DNA of 64,000 nt from positions 2,170,001 to 2,234,000 of the forward strand of contig ML978125.1 in the NCBI GenBank assembly GCA_010015805.1. Reading direction: 5' to 3'. Position 1 is the first letter of the stretch. Every line of letters starts with the position of its first letter. The translations under genes and the position numbers were made by a program. The DNA is from Rhizodiscina lignyota. Its lineage: Eukaryota. Shown here in pieces: positions 11,258-25,570 of this stretch. Below the pieces are notes generated by a model, which saw only the letters and a list, made by a program, of their open reading frames with translations, had not been told where the DNA came from and ran no database searches.

Positions 11258-14200
11258 ATGGCTTTGGATCCCACCGGTAACAAAAGGGCAATTTCGCCTG
11301 TTAGCTCAGGCCGATCGTCACCTGTTCCCAGAGCTCTGCCTCGACGAAACCTCGAGGACGGTATGTACGTTCAAGCCAGCCCAGCATTCAAGAACAAAAC
11401 CGCTGATCCTTTGAATTAGGACCAAAGTCAGATAAAAACTATCGAAAATACGCATCCGGCGTCGAGAGAGCGCTTGCGCAGTTTGACACAACTCAGCAAG
11501 AATGGGCTGATTACATCTCATTCCTTGGGCGTCTTCTCAAAGTACGCCGGCTCCATGCTCGATTATCCTCCAGCGAATTGACCACATATGATTCTACAGG
11601 CGCTACAAGGCCACCCTCCCGAAGCTCGAACAATACCGCACAGTGCAACTGTTGCGACGAGATTGGCACAATGCCTGAATCCAGGCCTCCCATCTGGCGT
11701 ACACCAGAAGGCGATTGAAGTATACGCCCATATATTCGCAACTTTGGGAGTAAGTAACAAAGGAGATTGGGACCGAGGGAGCTATGGATAACACTTTGGC
11801 AGAAAGATGCGTTAGCGGTAGATCTGCAGCTCTACTTCTCGGGCTTGTCGTCGGTCCTGTCGTTCGCGTCGCTCTCAGTGCGACCAGCATTCCTCTCACT
11901 CGTCGAGTCTTACTTTCTACCGCTTGATCCCCAGGCTATTCGACCTGCTCTCAAAGCTATAATTCTGGCTCTGCTTCCTGGTTTGGAGGATGACACGAGC
12001 GAGGATTTCGACCGAATCCTACACCTCTTGAATAGGTTCAGAAAATCCACTATTGGCATCCATGCAGGAGACCAGGAGAAAACCCTCGCAGAGAATGACT
12101 CTTATTTTTGGCAATGCTTATTCCTTGCGACAATAACAAACCCCTCCCGGAGACAGGGTGCTCTGGCTTTCCTCTCTCGCAGTATGCCAAAATTGAGCAG
12201 CGCGCCATCGTCCACTAAGCCAGAAGATGGCAATCCCGTTACAGGGCTGGCCAGTGAGGCGCAGGCACTTGTAACTCCAGAGCCTGGATTACTGGTTCGA
12301 TGCTTCGCAGCTGGCCTCGCGGATTCACAACTACTGATTCAACGTGGTTTCCTCGACCTGCTTGTCACACATGTTCCGCTGGGTTCTCCTGTGCTCCAAA
12401 ATGTAGTGCAGACTGCTGATCTTGAGCGCCTCGTTATCGCTGCTGCGCGCGTCGTCAACAGGAGAGACATGAGTCTCAATCGACGGCTCTGGGCGTGGTT
12501 CCTGGGACCGGAGCCAAAGAGCAGTGCTGATGATACAGGCGAGGTGAAAAGTCCTACAGTAGACCTGTCATCACATCATGCCGCATATTTTTCGCAATAC
12601 GGATCCCGTCCTCTGGCTACAAGCATACTTAGGATGATTAAAGCTGGGGGTACATCACCGTCAGATCGTGCAAGACCTTTTCGAATTTGCTTGTCTCTGA
12701 TGGATAGATGGGAAGTTGGAGGCCTCTTGGTCCCCGAAATATTCATTCCAGCATTGGATAGCGTCTACCGCTACAGCCTTCAAGCGAGTAGAGATCAGAC
12801 TGAAGAGGTCGTCCGAAGTGCGAGCATTTTCTTCGATGGTGTAGAGAGTGGTCTCATATGGAGCCAGCTCCTCGAGCTCGCCACTACTGCCTTCGGTAGC
12901 AAGACACTCACGCAGGAACAACGTCTCCAAAAGCTCCGACTATACCATTTTATTGTTAGCCGCTTCAATGTTCGAGAGGAGGAAATGCTCATGTATCACA
13001 TACCCTTGTCCCTTCTTGGTCTACTTGCATTGACATGCAAGAAGCGGAGGCAACAGTCAAGGCCTGATATCGATGACAGCCAGCTTCTGTCCTTAGCTTT
13101 CCAGATTTGCGAGGTCCTTATCAGTCTTGTCCCAGAGCGTGCGCTGTTTGGCACAGAAGCCACCAATGGATCTGTGAACGGGCAGCAGCAGCTCATTTTG
13201 AATGAATCGAAGGTTGTGGAAATTGCGGATCGGGTCGAAGTATTTTACGAGTACAAGCAAGGATCGGCTGACGTGGAACACATGCCATTCAACTCACGAA
13301 CTATCGGCCAGCTCATATTGCGCGTTGCCGCTGTCGAATATCTCTCATCTCTCGACTCACTCGATCAACTGGATGCATCAACCCGGCTTTTCATGCAAGT
13401 TACGCACAAAGTACCTGTCTTCAGGCAAACTTTAGAGGAGCTTAGCTTACTCACTTCGATCGTTGAGCATCTCCAGTCTGGCAAAGTTGCTTCATTCGTT
13501 GTAGTGTCATCCGTCACGACTATAACTGCTGCTCTCCACTACTCAAGCAGTAACACGACTGGCGGTAATATCACAGATATTTCAAGTCTCGCGATGACAC
13601 TAGTGCAGTCATTGTGGCCTTACCTATCACCGACAAACCCAAAGTATCACGTTGAGGCTGTTCGTTGTCTGTGGACTGTTCAAGCGATTTCATTCCCTGA
13701 GAGGTATGTGGAAAGCGCTCTAACTTCGCTCTTGGAAAAGTCCTCTGGAGCAGACGCTGGGCGGAGATTTTCCACACTTTGGAACCATACGATCCAGGAA
13801 CGAAATGGGCCAAATGATCGAGCACGGGGAACCATTGTCCGTCGCGTTAGTGGCATGCCAGGAATGCCTGTAGGATCAACAACGGTAGTGGATCACGAGG
13901 CCATGCTAGCTCAACCGCTACTATCGCTTCTGGACTCTTTGGCTGATGGTGACTCTGAACTCTTTGTCTTCATCGTGAGCTGGCTGCAGGAGCTACCAAG
14001 CCTTGGTAGAGTCTTTTCAATCTTGACTACTAGACTCTGCTGCATGCAGTGCATTCAACGAGCACCGATATTACGACTCGGCACCGATTTCCACTCATCG
14101 CTTTCCTTACCCCAAGATGACTCTCGAGAGTGTCTCTACTACATGCAACATATCGCAAATATCCTGAAGTACAGTTCAGACCACACATGGATGACCATTG

Positions 14201-17045
14201 CAGGGGACACGGCAACAGGCTTTGAGAAGGATTCAGAAGGCAAACCACAGCAGATGATATTACAGAACTTACTGGTGGAGATATGCATGAGAGTTCTGGA
14301 TATTCCCTTCTTTGACAGCTCACGTGCTGCTGTAGTCGCCTTGCATCGAGTCGCTCTATCAATACTCCAGAGCGTCCTCCGGAGCCCGTTTGCTGCGCCT
14401 TTGAAAGAATTGGAGCTTGAAGTGTCGCTTTTAGAAAGGCTCCAGCGCTCGCTAGACGGCATGGACTCTCTCCTACAGTCCTCACTCCTGGAAACAATCT
14501 TAGCGGCACTGAAGCTGCAAATGTCAACGAATACGACAGCTCAGCCTGTTCTTCCAGATTCGCCATCTCATCTGAGGAAGTTCTCAAGAGATGGGAGACT
14601 GGGTATGCCTCGCCTTTCCGTCACATCCGAAAACAATGCTCGCGCTGTCGGTCATAAGCCACCTCCCCAGCTTGTGAGCTGCTTGAAAGCTGGGTTCTCT
14701 GCGAAATCCAGCCAATTAGTGCTCGACAGCTGGGTAGAGTTTTTCGTCCAAGTCTTGCCACTCTTCGCAGATTCCATCTTCCAGAGCTTGATACCCCTCG
14801 TTGAGAATTTCTGCGCTCAAATTGCGAATCACTTTGACCTCCTTAAAACCACTTTTGAGAATCCAACGACACAGGACTCTGCACCGGAGCCTAGCCTGAT
14901 TAGTCTCATGAATGGCTTGGAGCATATCCTCGCACAAGGCCACGAAAGATTGGTCCAGGAAGAGGCGCAGAGCGCACAAGCCAAATCCCCAGAGCAACCT
15001 CAAGGCTTCTTCGGAAATATGGTGTCCGGTGTCTTCGCTCCAGAACAGCAGCAAGTCAGTCGTTCTACCAATGCCAACAATCGATTGACGGTTTTATTGT
15101 GCTTCCAAGACACTGTTAGGATATCTTTCACCTTATGGTCATGGGGCGTCCAAGGAACACAAGATCCAACGTCGGTTGCTTCGTTTGGTTATACATCGCT
15201 CCGTATACGCAATCGAGCTCGACGATTATTGGAACATCTATTTGCTGCAGAAGCGTTGGAATGTCTGGAGACTATGTGTGTCCTTTGGTGTCGACCGCCT
15301 CGGTCACCCTTCGACACAAGATCTATAATCAGCCTCCTGAATGTTCTGAACGGGTCAAAGCCGAAGAACACGATTCCAGCAATATTCAACGCATTATATA
15401 GTCGCACCAACCCTTCCGCCCTCGAGCCTCAGCGCATGTCTTCGCTTACATCTGACTTGTCCGATACCGAGATCATGCTGTTCCTGCTGGAATACATGCG
15501 CTCACTCGAGGATGATACGATGGATGAGATCTGGGTGGACTGTATTACCTTCTTGAAAGACGTCCTTGCGAATCCTATGCCTCATCGCCAGGTGCTTCCA
15601 GCTCTATTAGAGTTCACTGCAATACTGGCCGAGAAAGTGGAGAACACCAACTACGGAGTAGAACGAAAAATGCGTCGAGAGCTTGGGGTAAGGATTGTGG
15701 AATCAAACACTTTTCAAGAAAGCTAACTGCTTGAAAGGATCTTTTCGTTCGTCTACTTACAGCTACCTTCACGACTAGGTCTATGACCTTCACACAAGAT
15801 AGTTCGCAAGGCCCCGTAGCAAAGTCAACTCCGGTTTCTGGTGGCACTTCGGCACAGCAACTCGTAAGATTGACTGATGTTGTAGCACTGCTATCCACAA
15901 TAGCACCAAAAATGATCCTTGTCCTTGGGGACAGCGATCGCATTGCCGTTGCCGCAAACAGTATCTCGACTTCCGTCCTTGGTCCGGCTCTGCATTCGAA
16001 GAGCTTCCCGGAGAATATGTCGTCCCATATGCTCTCCCTGTTTCAGCAAATATGCCTAATCCCACAAGCAGCGAAGTCTTGGCGAAAAGATGCATCAGAG
16101 GCATTCAACGATTCTCGATTCTTCAGCTCACAAAGGGAGCACGCCAAGGCTTACTGGCTACCTATTCTCTTCCAGCTAAATGTCTCAGATAAAGAGCGAA
16201 TGCCCGAGCTCCTTTCACGGCTCACAGCACCGACAACCGCGGGGATCATGTTTGGCGTCGGCGCTACGTCGGCACGACAAGAGGCAGATCGAAAAACTCA
16301 GCTCAATCTCCGGCGTATCGCGACTTTGGCGCTGGCATGTCCCGAAGACACTTTTGTGTCGACTATCGCTACCATTGCGGAAAAGGTGTCGGAGCTTCTG
16401 ACCGCAACGGCGATTACGTCTCCGTCATCTGCGACACGCGCAGAACTCTTCATGCTTCTCCGTACGCTGATCTTGAAGGTCTCTGCTATACATCTTGCGC
16501 CTCTCTGGCCAATCATCAATGCTGAGCTGGGCGCAGCGCTTGCCTCTGCACTTCCAGACGCCGAAGAACCGGAAAGGTACGATGTGGCGTCGTTGCTACA
16601 AGCTTGCAAACTACTGGACATATTGGTCACTGTTGCTCCCGACGATTTTCAGCTGTACGAATGGCTCTTCGTCACAGACACTATCGATGCCGTGTATAGG
16701 CCGCCTGACTGGACTTCTGCGGCCCTGGTCGACGAGGTTGCGGAGGGACTGGGTAGCTTGACGGCCGGTGTTGATGAGACATCGGCACTGCCTACCTCGC
16801 AGAGCTCGTCCGGTCATATCTCAGATGGTCTCAGACCGCCATTCCTAGAGGCTATAATCTCTTCGCTCCATGTGGATGTGAAGAGCTTGAAACGAGAGGA
16901 GCTGGTCAGAAGGGTAGTGAAGCCATTCTGTGGGCAGCTTAGCATTTTGGCGTTTGAAGCAACATACTCAATGAATGGGCCAGACTTGGAGTTATGCAAG
17001 AGGGGATTGTTGAATGACCTCTTCGATGAAGGTGATCAATCATGA
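11258..17045 (+). CDS. DOP1: Dopey/Dop1 endosome-Golgi trafficking protein
   Basis: Spliced N-terminus MALDPTG...KNYRKYASGVERALAQFD...EWADYISFLGRLLK|ALQ...RLAQCLNPGLPSGVHQKAIEVY (Dopey_N). Introns at ~11361-11419, 11542-11599, 11750-11802 and 15688-15738. C-terminal Dopey-like LLQACKLLDIL...FQLYEWLF. Confidence 0.95.
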
Positions 17046-17767
17046 CATTACTTAACTGGACTACTTCATACTAGACATGGACCATCAAGTACGGGAATGA
17101 CGAAGCAAATACTACTCCAACATCCTGAAAAGTACATGGACTTCCCGACATTCCAGCTGCTACAGTTATTGACTTCTGTACGACGTATTACCTAGAACAG
17201 ATAACTAGGAGAGAGAACTCTTGATAGCGCTAAGTATGAAGATCTTCTCTCCTGCCCAAACAGTTCGGCAGCAACGCATTCGATTCTGGCGGAAGCCGCC
17301 TCGATCCTACTTCTACGTTTGAACAACTTTAACCTGTGTTGGAAGCTGATCATAGTTGATCCTCCCCTCTTGACCTTGCAAGAGAGTAAAACTATTTGCT
17401 AGTTCTGCGTGATTTTCTTTTCATGATCGAGGATCTGAGCTTGCTGAGGTAAATCGCGCGCTGCGGCATTATAATTAGTCCCCATATGATTGGGCACAGC
17501 ACGGTCTCCCGTACGCTAGAGGAAGTGGAGGTCCAACTAGATACACCATCCACACAAACAGGACTGCTGGGTAATCCCTTTGATAGCAAAAATCAAATTC
17601 ATGTAATTTCATCGGGCACTCTGTTGAGATTACGCCAGAGCGCTCCTCCCTATTCCGAGACTCCCGCTCCAATGATTCATTACTCTCACGATATCGTACG
17701 GCAGCAACAACGCCGTTTTCAACTCCTTGATGAGACTGGACCCGTCATCTCCCAGGGCTTTCCCCAT

Positions 17768-18013
17768 CTAGTATCCCAAAGTTACATACCCCGGTGTCGC
17801 CCCGTACCCGTAAGCAGGGCTCTTGTTACTCCTTAACCTCTTGATCTGCTCCTTCCTTGCGAGCTGTTCCTCGGTCTTGCGGCCAGAGAAAGCGTTCTGC
17901 GCGAAGCGCTTCGCGGCGCTCATGCTGCTCCTGATTGATGATGTGTTGGAGGCAGAGCTGTGGCGGTCGGTCTCAGCACCGTAGGGAGTGGTAGTTTGCT
18001 GAGCGGAGGACAT
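17768..18013 (-). CDS. Small hypothetical protein (~81 aa)
   Basis: ATG in cacaATG context (MSSAQQTTTPYG...PAYGYGATPGYVTLGY*), with TATAAAAG on the minus strand at ~18264-18271. No family recognised. Confidence 0.55.
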   Translation of the reverse strand: MSSAQQTTTPYGAETDRHSSASNTSSIRSSMSAAKRFAQNAFSGRKTEEQLARKEQIKRLRSNKSPAYGYGATPGYVTLGY

Positions 18014-19465
18014 TGTGATGAAAGTTTGGAGAAAGTATGAATCGGTGTGGAGAGACTGGGGGGCGCGGTGTGATTTATCGGAAGCTGATGGAAGCGTGTT
18101 TGGCGATGACGTGGAAATATACGATTTGCGGAGAGATATGCTGAGATGAAAACGAGGAAATGCTCTTAGGCTTATGTCGCCAAGATGAAATGACTTTGAT
18201 ATGGAGGGATCTTTTGGAACTGCACTGGAGAAGACTCCATTCTTTCCCCCAGAAACCCACCTTCTTTTATATCCACGGCCTTCCGCGTCCACGCAATCCA
18301 TAATCGCGCAGCGTCATGAGACACCCCTTGCTATTAAGGGCACAGATCTAGAGGCCGCCTTACGAAAGTCTGAGCCTTGATCACATACTTACGCAGTATG
18401 TCCGGCGGCGCGCGGATCGCAACAGACCGGAACGTTCGTATGTGTGTGGTAAGTTGAGTGAGAGAACGTTGCGGGCACATGTCCCCTTGCATGGCTCAAG
18501 GCTTGCTTCGAGCATGGCTGGGTCCCGGTGGTCAGCGCCGCGGAAGGCCTCGGATTCACCCGAGCATGAGCCTTGTTTTGTCTGTTACCAGCAAACCGAA
18601 TGTCGAGCAGTGAGTTAGGAGGCGTGGTTTTCTAATCGTGTGATTCACGCTGGGGCCGAAAGGTGCTTGTCGAGCGATTAAAGGTCCAGAGTGAGTGCTA
18701 ACTTTGTCAGCAAGGGCTGTGTTGTGCTGAGCCATTTTGCAAAAGGGTCCCTAGATGCTTCGTATGCAAGACGTCATACCTCTCAAAAATACAGGTACCT
18801 GGGTACTGAGGATTTGGTACCTAAGTACCCCTAGGACATTAGTGTGGCGTCTGAGGACAATTTGTTGAGCAACGTTAGATTAGAGTTGACCATCAGGGGG
18901 AAGAGCGGGATTACTGGAAGTTTTGTTTCGGCCCGATGAGCTTTGGACCTTATCAGACCTTCTCCGGACTGTTCTCTGGAAGGTGGAGGCTGGAGATGAT
19001 TATCTCCACAATCGCTGGGAATACATCTTGCCTCACGACCCACAAAAGACCCTATTTAGCATTCTTGGACAGGATCTTGCCCTTGCGTCGAGAAATCAGA
19101 TGTTCTGTTAACTGATTCCTCTGATTGAATGTTAGGCTAGATAATAAAATGAGCGAGAATGCACTATCGCTGCCGGTGGCATGGTATACCTATCGAATTG
19201 ACACACAACTACTACGATAATAAATTCCGAGGACAAGTCATGATGACTTCCTTTCCGCTAGCAAAAAACATTCAGGCATTGCCAGTTTCGTGATGTTATC
19301 CACAAATCCATCAACTGAGTTCAAAGTCCGAACCATGCATGCTAAGATCTTCAACGTGAACAAATGCGCCATATACCGCAGAAAACATCGGCATGGGCTC
19401 GAGAAGGAGCGATCCAAAAGAATTCTAGGAGACAGTGTGCGGAAACGCCGTAACATGAGCATCCA

Positions 19466-22400
19466 TCAATTAATTAAAGCTGGTCTGATCTTCGCATACA
19501 ACTCCGTGTCCAGGAAGTTGTACCTCGGATCTAAAAAGCAGAATGGTGATCGCAATAAGGTGTCAGCCGTAGGACGGTCGCTCGGGTCGCTATAAATTAT
19601 TCGAGTCAGCCTTGAAATACTCCATACGAAAGAACGTAAAGCCGGAACTTACATTGTGAAGCAGTCATACATGAAGCTGATGGCCTGTGGACTGATCGTC
19701 GAAGACACATCTTCCGGGATTGGCGGTGCTTCATTTAGACTGCCGAGCTTGTATATCGCGCCGATGGCCTCTTCCTTACTCCACGGCCGATGGCCGGCAA
19801 ACATCTCCAGCACCACGCAGCCGAGCGACCAGATGTCCACTTTTGCGCTGTAGCCCTGGCCCTGAGAACGGATGACTTCCGGAGCCATCCAGAAAACAGA
19901 ACCCTGCATGCTGTTGGTGACATCGTTGCCGTAGATATCGTCAGTCTTCTTGCTGATGCCAAAGTCGGAGATCTTGCAAGTGCCGTCGACATCGAGGAGA
20001 ATATTGTCCGCCTTGAGATCACGGTGCAGGACGCCCTCGCGATGGAGATACGCGAGACCGGACAGAGTCTGACGTGTCAGGCTGCTGACGACGGGCTCCT
20101 CAAACTTGCCATGCTTGCGGAGACAGCTACCGACGCTTCCACCAGAAATGTACTCGAGGAAGATGGAGATGCTGTAGTCCTTCTTCTCGGAACCGAGGTA
20201 GCTGACGATGTTGGGGTGATCGAGATCTTTCATGGTGTCGATTTCGATGTCGAGGCTCTTTACCATCTCGGTCACCTTCTCCTTGTCCTGTCCAGCCGCT
20301 TTCGGGTTCACCTCAACCTGTTTCACAGCAATGAGCTCACCGGTTGTCATATTCATACCGAGATAGACGCGGCCAAAGGTTCCCTTGCCAATCAGTTGAC
20401 CCTTCATCCATTTGAAGGTTGGCTGCCTGTTAACGACTGGGAGTGTGTCCTGTGGAATCGTCTCTAGCTGGATCAATCGGCTCTGGCGTTGAGGTTTGAC
20501 TTGCTCAATCTTCGCGCCGAACATCTTTGTGCTCTTGCGACGAACGATCGCGCCGACTGCCGCCTCCTTGAGTGTGTTGACACGGGCTGGCCCAGGAGCC
20601 ATACCACGAGCCATGCCAGGGTTATATGCATCCTTGACAACATCGCGAATAGATTTTGTCCTCCCGAGACCTCCTGCCTTGCGCAGGTTTCGTTGTGCCA
20701 TGGATGTGATAGTATCAGGACCCCTCAGAGATGCAATGCCATCCTCGTCTTCACTGAGACTTGACATTGGCGTCACTGTGCGGATTGGATTGAAGCTTGA
20801 CTGGGCCTGGCCTCCGCCTGGACTTAACGGAATCGCACCTAAATCTTCCTCTGCAACAGGCTGATCTAGATTAACATTGGGGAAGAACTCGTCGAGATGT
20901 TCCACGAGTGCTTCCGCGGGAGGACGATTCGCCCACACGTCACTAGCAAAGGATTCCCTGCGATTGAATGAGCTCTGTTCGTCTGGAGACCATGTTGTTG
21001 ACGCCGCTGACTGCGGTATCCTAACTCCGTCTCTGTCAAGACCACTCTCAAACCTCTTGAGGTCATCACCCGGCGACTCTGTCGACGCGCTCCGGTCTAC
21101 AGCCGAGCGGACCGGGGACGCGAATCTCACATTATTGCTGGTATTGAGTGAAAGACTCGGCCGCCTTTCCTCGTGATCTCCCTCTTGCATTGACTGCGAG
21201 GGTCCAGGAGTCGGAGTTGCAGTGGATGGTGTCTGCTCAGGCCTTTTGAACTTCATTGCAAACAAACCATCGTCAGAGTCAGAGTCGAAATCGTCTTCAC
21301 CACCAGCAGTGCCTCTGTCTGTTTCAAACGTGACATTTGCCTCTTCGAAGTCATGCGTTGGGCCTCTCTTGCTCACCATTCGTGCCAAAGATTTTTGTGA
21401 CGTCGATGACGGTGCAGCTGTGGATGGGCTGACCTCAGGACTGCCTCTACCAACACCGTAGTCGCTACTCTTCGCCCTTGCGATGCCGGGGTGCGTCATC
21501 TTCGTTTGTAGCTTCAATTCGGGTTTGTTGCCGCTCCCCGTTCTGCTGATGCCGGCGGCTTTGTCTTTGACCGCATTCGCTGTCGTTTGCGTGAGTGTGC
21601 TCTCTTGGCTCTCACTTCCATTGAGCTCGAAGTCTGGAAGATCTTCCTCATAGTCAGGAATCTTGAACTCCACGTTGCCCTTGCTCATTGTGAACCCGGG
21701 ACTGCGTGGGGACCCACCTGGACTACCGCTAAGCCTATTTGCTCCATTCAACGCACTCGCCAATGATCGCTGCTTCATACTCTCGTCTCTACGAAGAGGC
21801 GAAGATCGCAGCGTAGCAGATCCGGACGAAGTAGGTCTGTCGGAGTGCTCGCCAGACCGCCTCTTGCCTTTGCCATCTTCCTCTTCTCCCCAGCTCAGAC
21901 GTAATTTCTGCCCACCCTTCTTTGTCAAGCTGTTTGCCTTAATCAGAGTACTGGTGTCTGGAGGTACCGGTGGAGGGTCTCGCATTGGTTTGTATTGATC
22001 TCTTTGATCGTATGGCGTCTTTCTCTTGTTATCAAAGTCGACAACGCTTCCAGATCGAATGCTAGGGCCGGATGGCGCATCAGTTGGAGAACCCTTGCCA
22101 ATTTGGCGTTTGCGTGCATCGAGATATGCCTCCCTCTTCCGCTCAGTCTCTTGTCGATACTGTTCGGCCTTGTGGCTAAGAGACATGGCTCTCTCAACCT
22201 CGGACGGCTCGCCGTCATTCCACGTTCTAGTCTCCACTGGGGAGTGGTTATTATTGATGAGGTTACGCAGCGCTTCCCCTTGACCCGGCACAAGTGTACT
22301 CTCACCATCTGATGTGACGCTTGGTGATGTGACACTCGCACTGCTGTTGCCTCTTAAGCGTGATTGGGTGGATGAGCCGATAGACTTGCCAGAGAATGTC

Positions 22401-24850
22401 GTACTTTGAGGAGACTTCAATCCGTTCGAGATGGCCAAGGGAAGGCCAGCTGAAGGCGGAACCGCTCCTGGGGGTAAATGTACAAATATTTTCAACGTGC
22501 CCATATCATCAGCCATAGCAAGGCGAGCGTGCAATAGCAGATCATCCGACAATTCATCGTCATGGTCCGTTTTCCCTGGAGAAGTTATGTGTAGGGTGAT
22601 GTCTGAGGAGTAAGGGACACCAAGGTTCTCACAGATAGTTTGCTTGATCGCAAGAGGCGATTCAGATTGAGAAATATCGACCAAACGATAATTCCATCCA
22701 TCATATGTAACGAAGGCGAACCTCTTAGCATCATCTGAGCCTCCCGAAATGACCGGACGTACGGCCACACCGGTAGATGCGATAATACCGGACTGAATTG
22801 AGGTTTGGCTCGTGTTATGGCTCGACTTGGAAAATGGCAAAAGAGATCGATGAGTGGCTGGACTGGTTGGAGAATCCACACTCGCGCTCGATTCGTCGGG
22901 GTGATCTTCCTTTCTCTTGCGGCCAAATTTGGCGAAGAAGTTTTTGTGCTCTTTTGCACTTGCTGGTGTCTCTCCAGGACGAAGACCAATATCCATCGCA
23001 GAGGGTCGTGTCCCTTCAGTCCCATGCCGCGGTCGTCCGGCCGCTTCAGTGCTTCCAGTTCGGAAATGCCCTGCTGCAGTTGAATAATGGCGACCATTGG
23101 CATCCACAGGATGTGCAGATGACAAGCCAGGGCTCTGTTGAGGGCTCTGGTGACGGCGGCCAGCAAAGGTACCTGTATCGAAATCCCGAGAAGGACTGGG
23201 ACTATGTCGTTTGCCATAATTATCCCCAACATAACTAAGCATTGTCTCTGCATAGCTGCTGCGACCATTCTCGGAAATGTGATCTTGCATCTGGCCGGGT
23301 AATGGCATGGTCACATTGCGCTGCTGCGGTGATCGCTGCTGATAAAGTGCGGAAGCTGGCGACGCAGAAGCTGGTGGCATGAACCGCCCTGGACTGTCCT
23401 CACCCGTGCCTGCTGTTGTTGGAGTGGATCCATCTGGACGACTTATGTTCGGGGAATTCTCGACATCCCCTTCGGGTCCTGCTGAAGTGAGGGATCCATC
23501 TCGTCGATGACCTCCAGCAGAGAAGGTAGCATTTCCTCCATTCTCCACAATCATGCGAACCAACTTTCGCAGTTTCTTGCCTTCTTCCCGCCCTTTCGCT
23601 TGATCCCATGTAGTCTGGTTCGCGGTGCACTCGCGGGCTAGCTGTGGCATAATGACTTGGTGCATTAAAACCATGCCTCCTCTTCCTTCCTTCCGGCCAA
23701 GGTCAAGAAACTGAGTCCCATGAATGTTAAGAGATTTGAAGGCCTCTTGCCATTCGCGTGAGTAACCTTGACCAGCGAGCCAAAGCAACACACGATCCAA
23801 GGGCCATTGGGTCGCCGGGTCTGACGGAGAAATCGGAGTTTTGCTGTGGGTTTCTTGAGAGGGATGTTGGGGGTTTGCTAGAGTTGCGGTTGGCGGTCCA
23901 GGAGAGCTATATCCTTGAGCACCTCGCGGGGGAACTGTGACTTCTCTTGTATATGTTCGATTGTCCTGATATGCCGCATCATCTGGCGTCGTTATGTTTG
24001 TGCTCCTGGTGGCTGACGAAGCGTTTGTGTATGTGTCCGGATCAGGGAAATAGCTCGAATGGTCCGTCTCTGAAGGTGTATAGAGCGGTGGAATGCCCAC
24101 ACCCGGTCCAAAAGAGTCGGGTCCTGGTATGAATGTAGCAGAGACCAAGGGAGTCGTCTCCCGCTCTTGTCGCTGTTGCAGATGATGCTGCTGCTGTTGT
24201 TGCGGCGGCGGAGGATGCTGCTGTGGTTGTTGCACAGCGAGTTGTGTCTGTTGTCCATAGTTTGAGTATGCCGTTGGGTTGTATGCTACGGGAGCGCTGT
24301 TCATATGTGGCGGAGGGTAGGTAGGCTGCCTTGGCCAATAATTCAGAGGCGTAGATGGTACACCGCTAGGTGGAGGTGGTGGTAGTGTGAGTCCATGACT
24401 CTGGTTGAACGTCTGTCGAGGAGGAGGAGGTGGCAGGTGAATGCCCAATGGCGTTTGAGGGGGCTGTGGAGGAGGAGGTGGAATAGGAATGCCTCTACCT
24501 GGTTGATAAGGATGCTGCTGCATTGTTAAAGCAGATGAAGCCTGTACTTGTGAGTATTGACTGTGGATGACATTGGCATCAGCAACGGTATGGGCCCGAT
24601 GGCGCGAACTGTTGCTGGGATAGCTGGGAGAAGTCGCCGAATGGGGCGGATACGGCGAGTTGAGGCCTCCGCCAGGCACGAGGAAGGAAGAAGGCTGTCC
24701 AGTATAACTCGGAAGCTCGCCTTGGGGGTACGGTGAGGGAGGTGGAGCAAGATTGGCGCCGTGAGAAGGCGAGGCAGTGCGGTGAACGTCCGGTCGGTCT
24801 GGGAAGTCTGATCTTGCTGAACTGGAGCGCGGCCGGGCTTGAATTGTCAT
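19466..24850 (-). CDS. BCK1: Cell-wall-integrity MAP kinase kinase kinase (Bck1/Mkh1 type)
   Basis: C-terminal STE11-family kinase domain (GQLIGKGTFGRVY, AVKQV, HRDLKADNIL, DFG, SMQGSVFWMAPE) and N-terminal SAM-like WPLDRVLLWL segment. Intron 19590..19652 adds the terminal exon IDPSDRPTADTLL...*. Confidence 0.93.
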
Positions 24851-25400
24851 TCCACCTTCTATCGAGCAAGGCGTTCCTGGAGAAAGGCGTCCAAGGTAGT
24901 CTCAACCTTTGGATTCCTCTGCATCCTCGACTGTCATGCCCTCGCCTGCTCTGCTTGACCGCTTATAGCTTGCTCCACAAGATCGTGTAAGTCGCCGATT
25001 TCGAGAGGTGTATCTAGTTGAGAGAATATGATATCGAGGCAAGGCACACTGTCTCGAGTGCTGTACGGAGGAGGTAGACAGAGGTTGCGAACGTAGAGCT
25101 GGACGTAATAAAGTGGGTCGAGTGTGAGGCGCCTAGCTGAGCAACGATTGTCTGGTACCAGGCGGCGCAGCACAGCGCTTTGAGAGATGGCGAGGGTAGT
25201 CACGACGATTGCAATTGAGGAGACCACGCGACCGTCTTGGAGGGTAGATGAGGCTTGTGAAAAGGCTGCTGAGTGGGACTGGTGTAAGTTGGGTTTGAGG
25301 CACTCGTCCTCGTGGCCTGCTCTCGCCCGCGCTCTCTGATTGGCCGCGCAAGAGTCTGCCGACTCACTCTATGAAGAGCTATCTTCCTGCGAGCAAACGG

Positions 25401-25570
25401 TTACATTCGCCTTCCGCGCTTCTAAGAGGCTTCCGCCTAGAAATGAATTTACATTCGAGGTTATCTGGGAATAGCTTGCTCAGCCTGCCTTAGAAGATCT
25501 ATTTCCTGTTGTCGTAGAAAAGAGACGATGTTGCAAGTGTCATACGCTGGGGAGAAACTAGCCCCTTCGT
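25401..25570 (-). repeat. Dispersed repeat family, copy E (inverted, 5' segment)
   Basis: Reverse complement reads acgaaggggctagtttctccccagcgtatgacacttgcaacatcgtctcttttc...gcaagctattcccagataacctcgaatgtaaattca...gcctcttagaag, matching copies A-D. Confidence 0.85.

Noticed and set aside
18801..18834. Hairpin gggtactgagg...cctaagtaccc followed by ctag (Helitron-end-like)
   Set aside because: CTAG abuts the stem instead of lying about 10 nt downstream. No second copy or 5' end was found.
19790..20467. 225-aa antisense ORF over the BCK1 kinase domain, and similar shadows over RecQ, DOP1 and the 1653-aa gene
   Set aside because: All lie fully antisense to well-supported CDSs and show no motifs.
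24180..24480. CAG/CAA and CCT/CCA-rich runs in BCK1; HSP/AQSP repeats at ~390-520
   Set aside because: Ordinary low-complexity coding sequence (poly-Q/P and SP repeats), not an independent repeat system.
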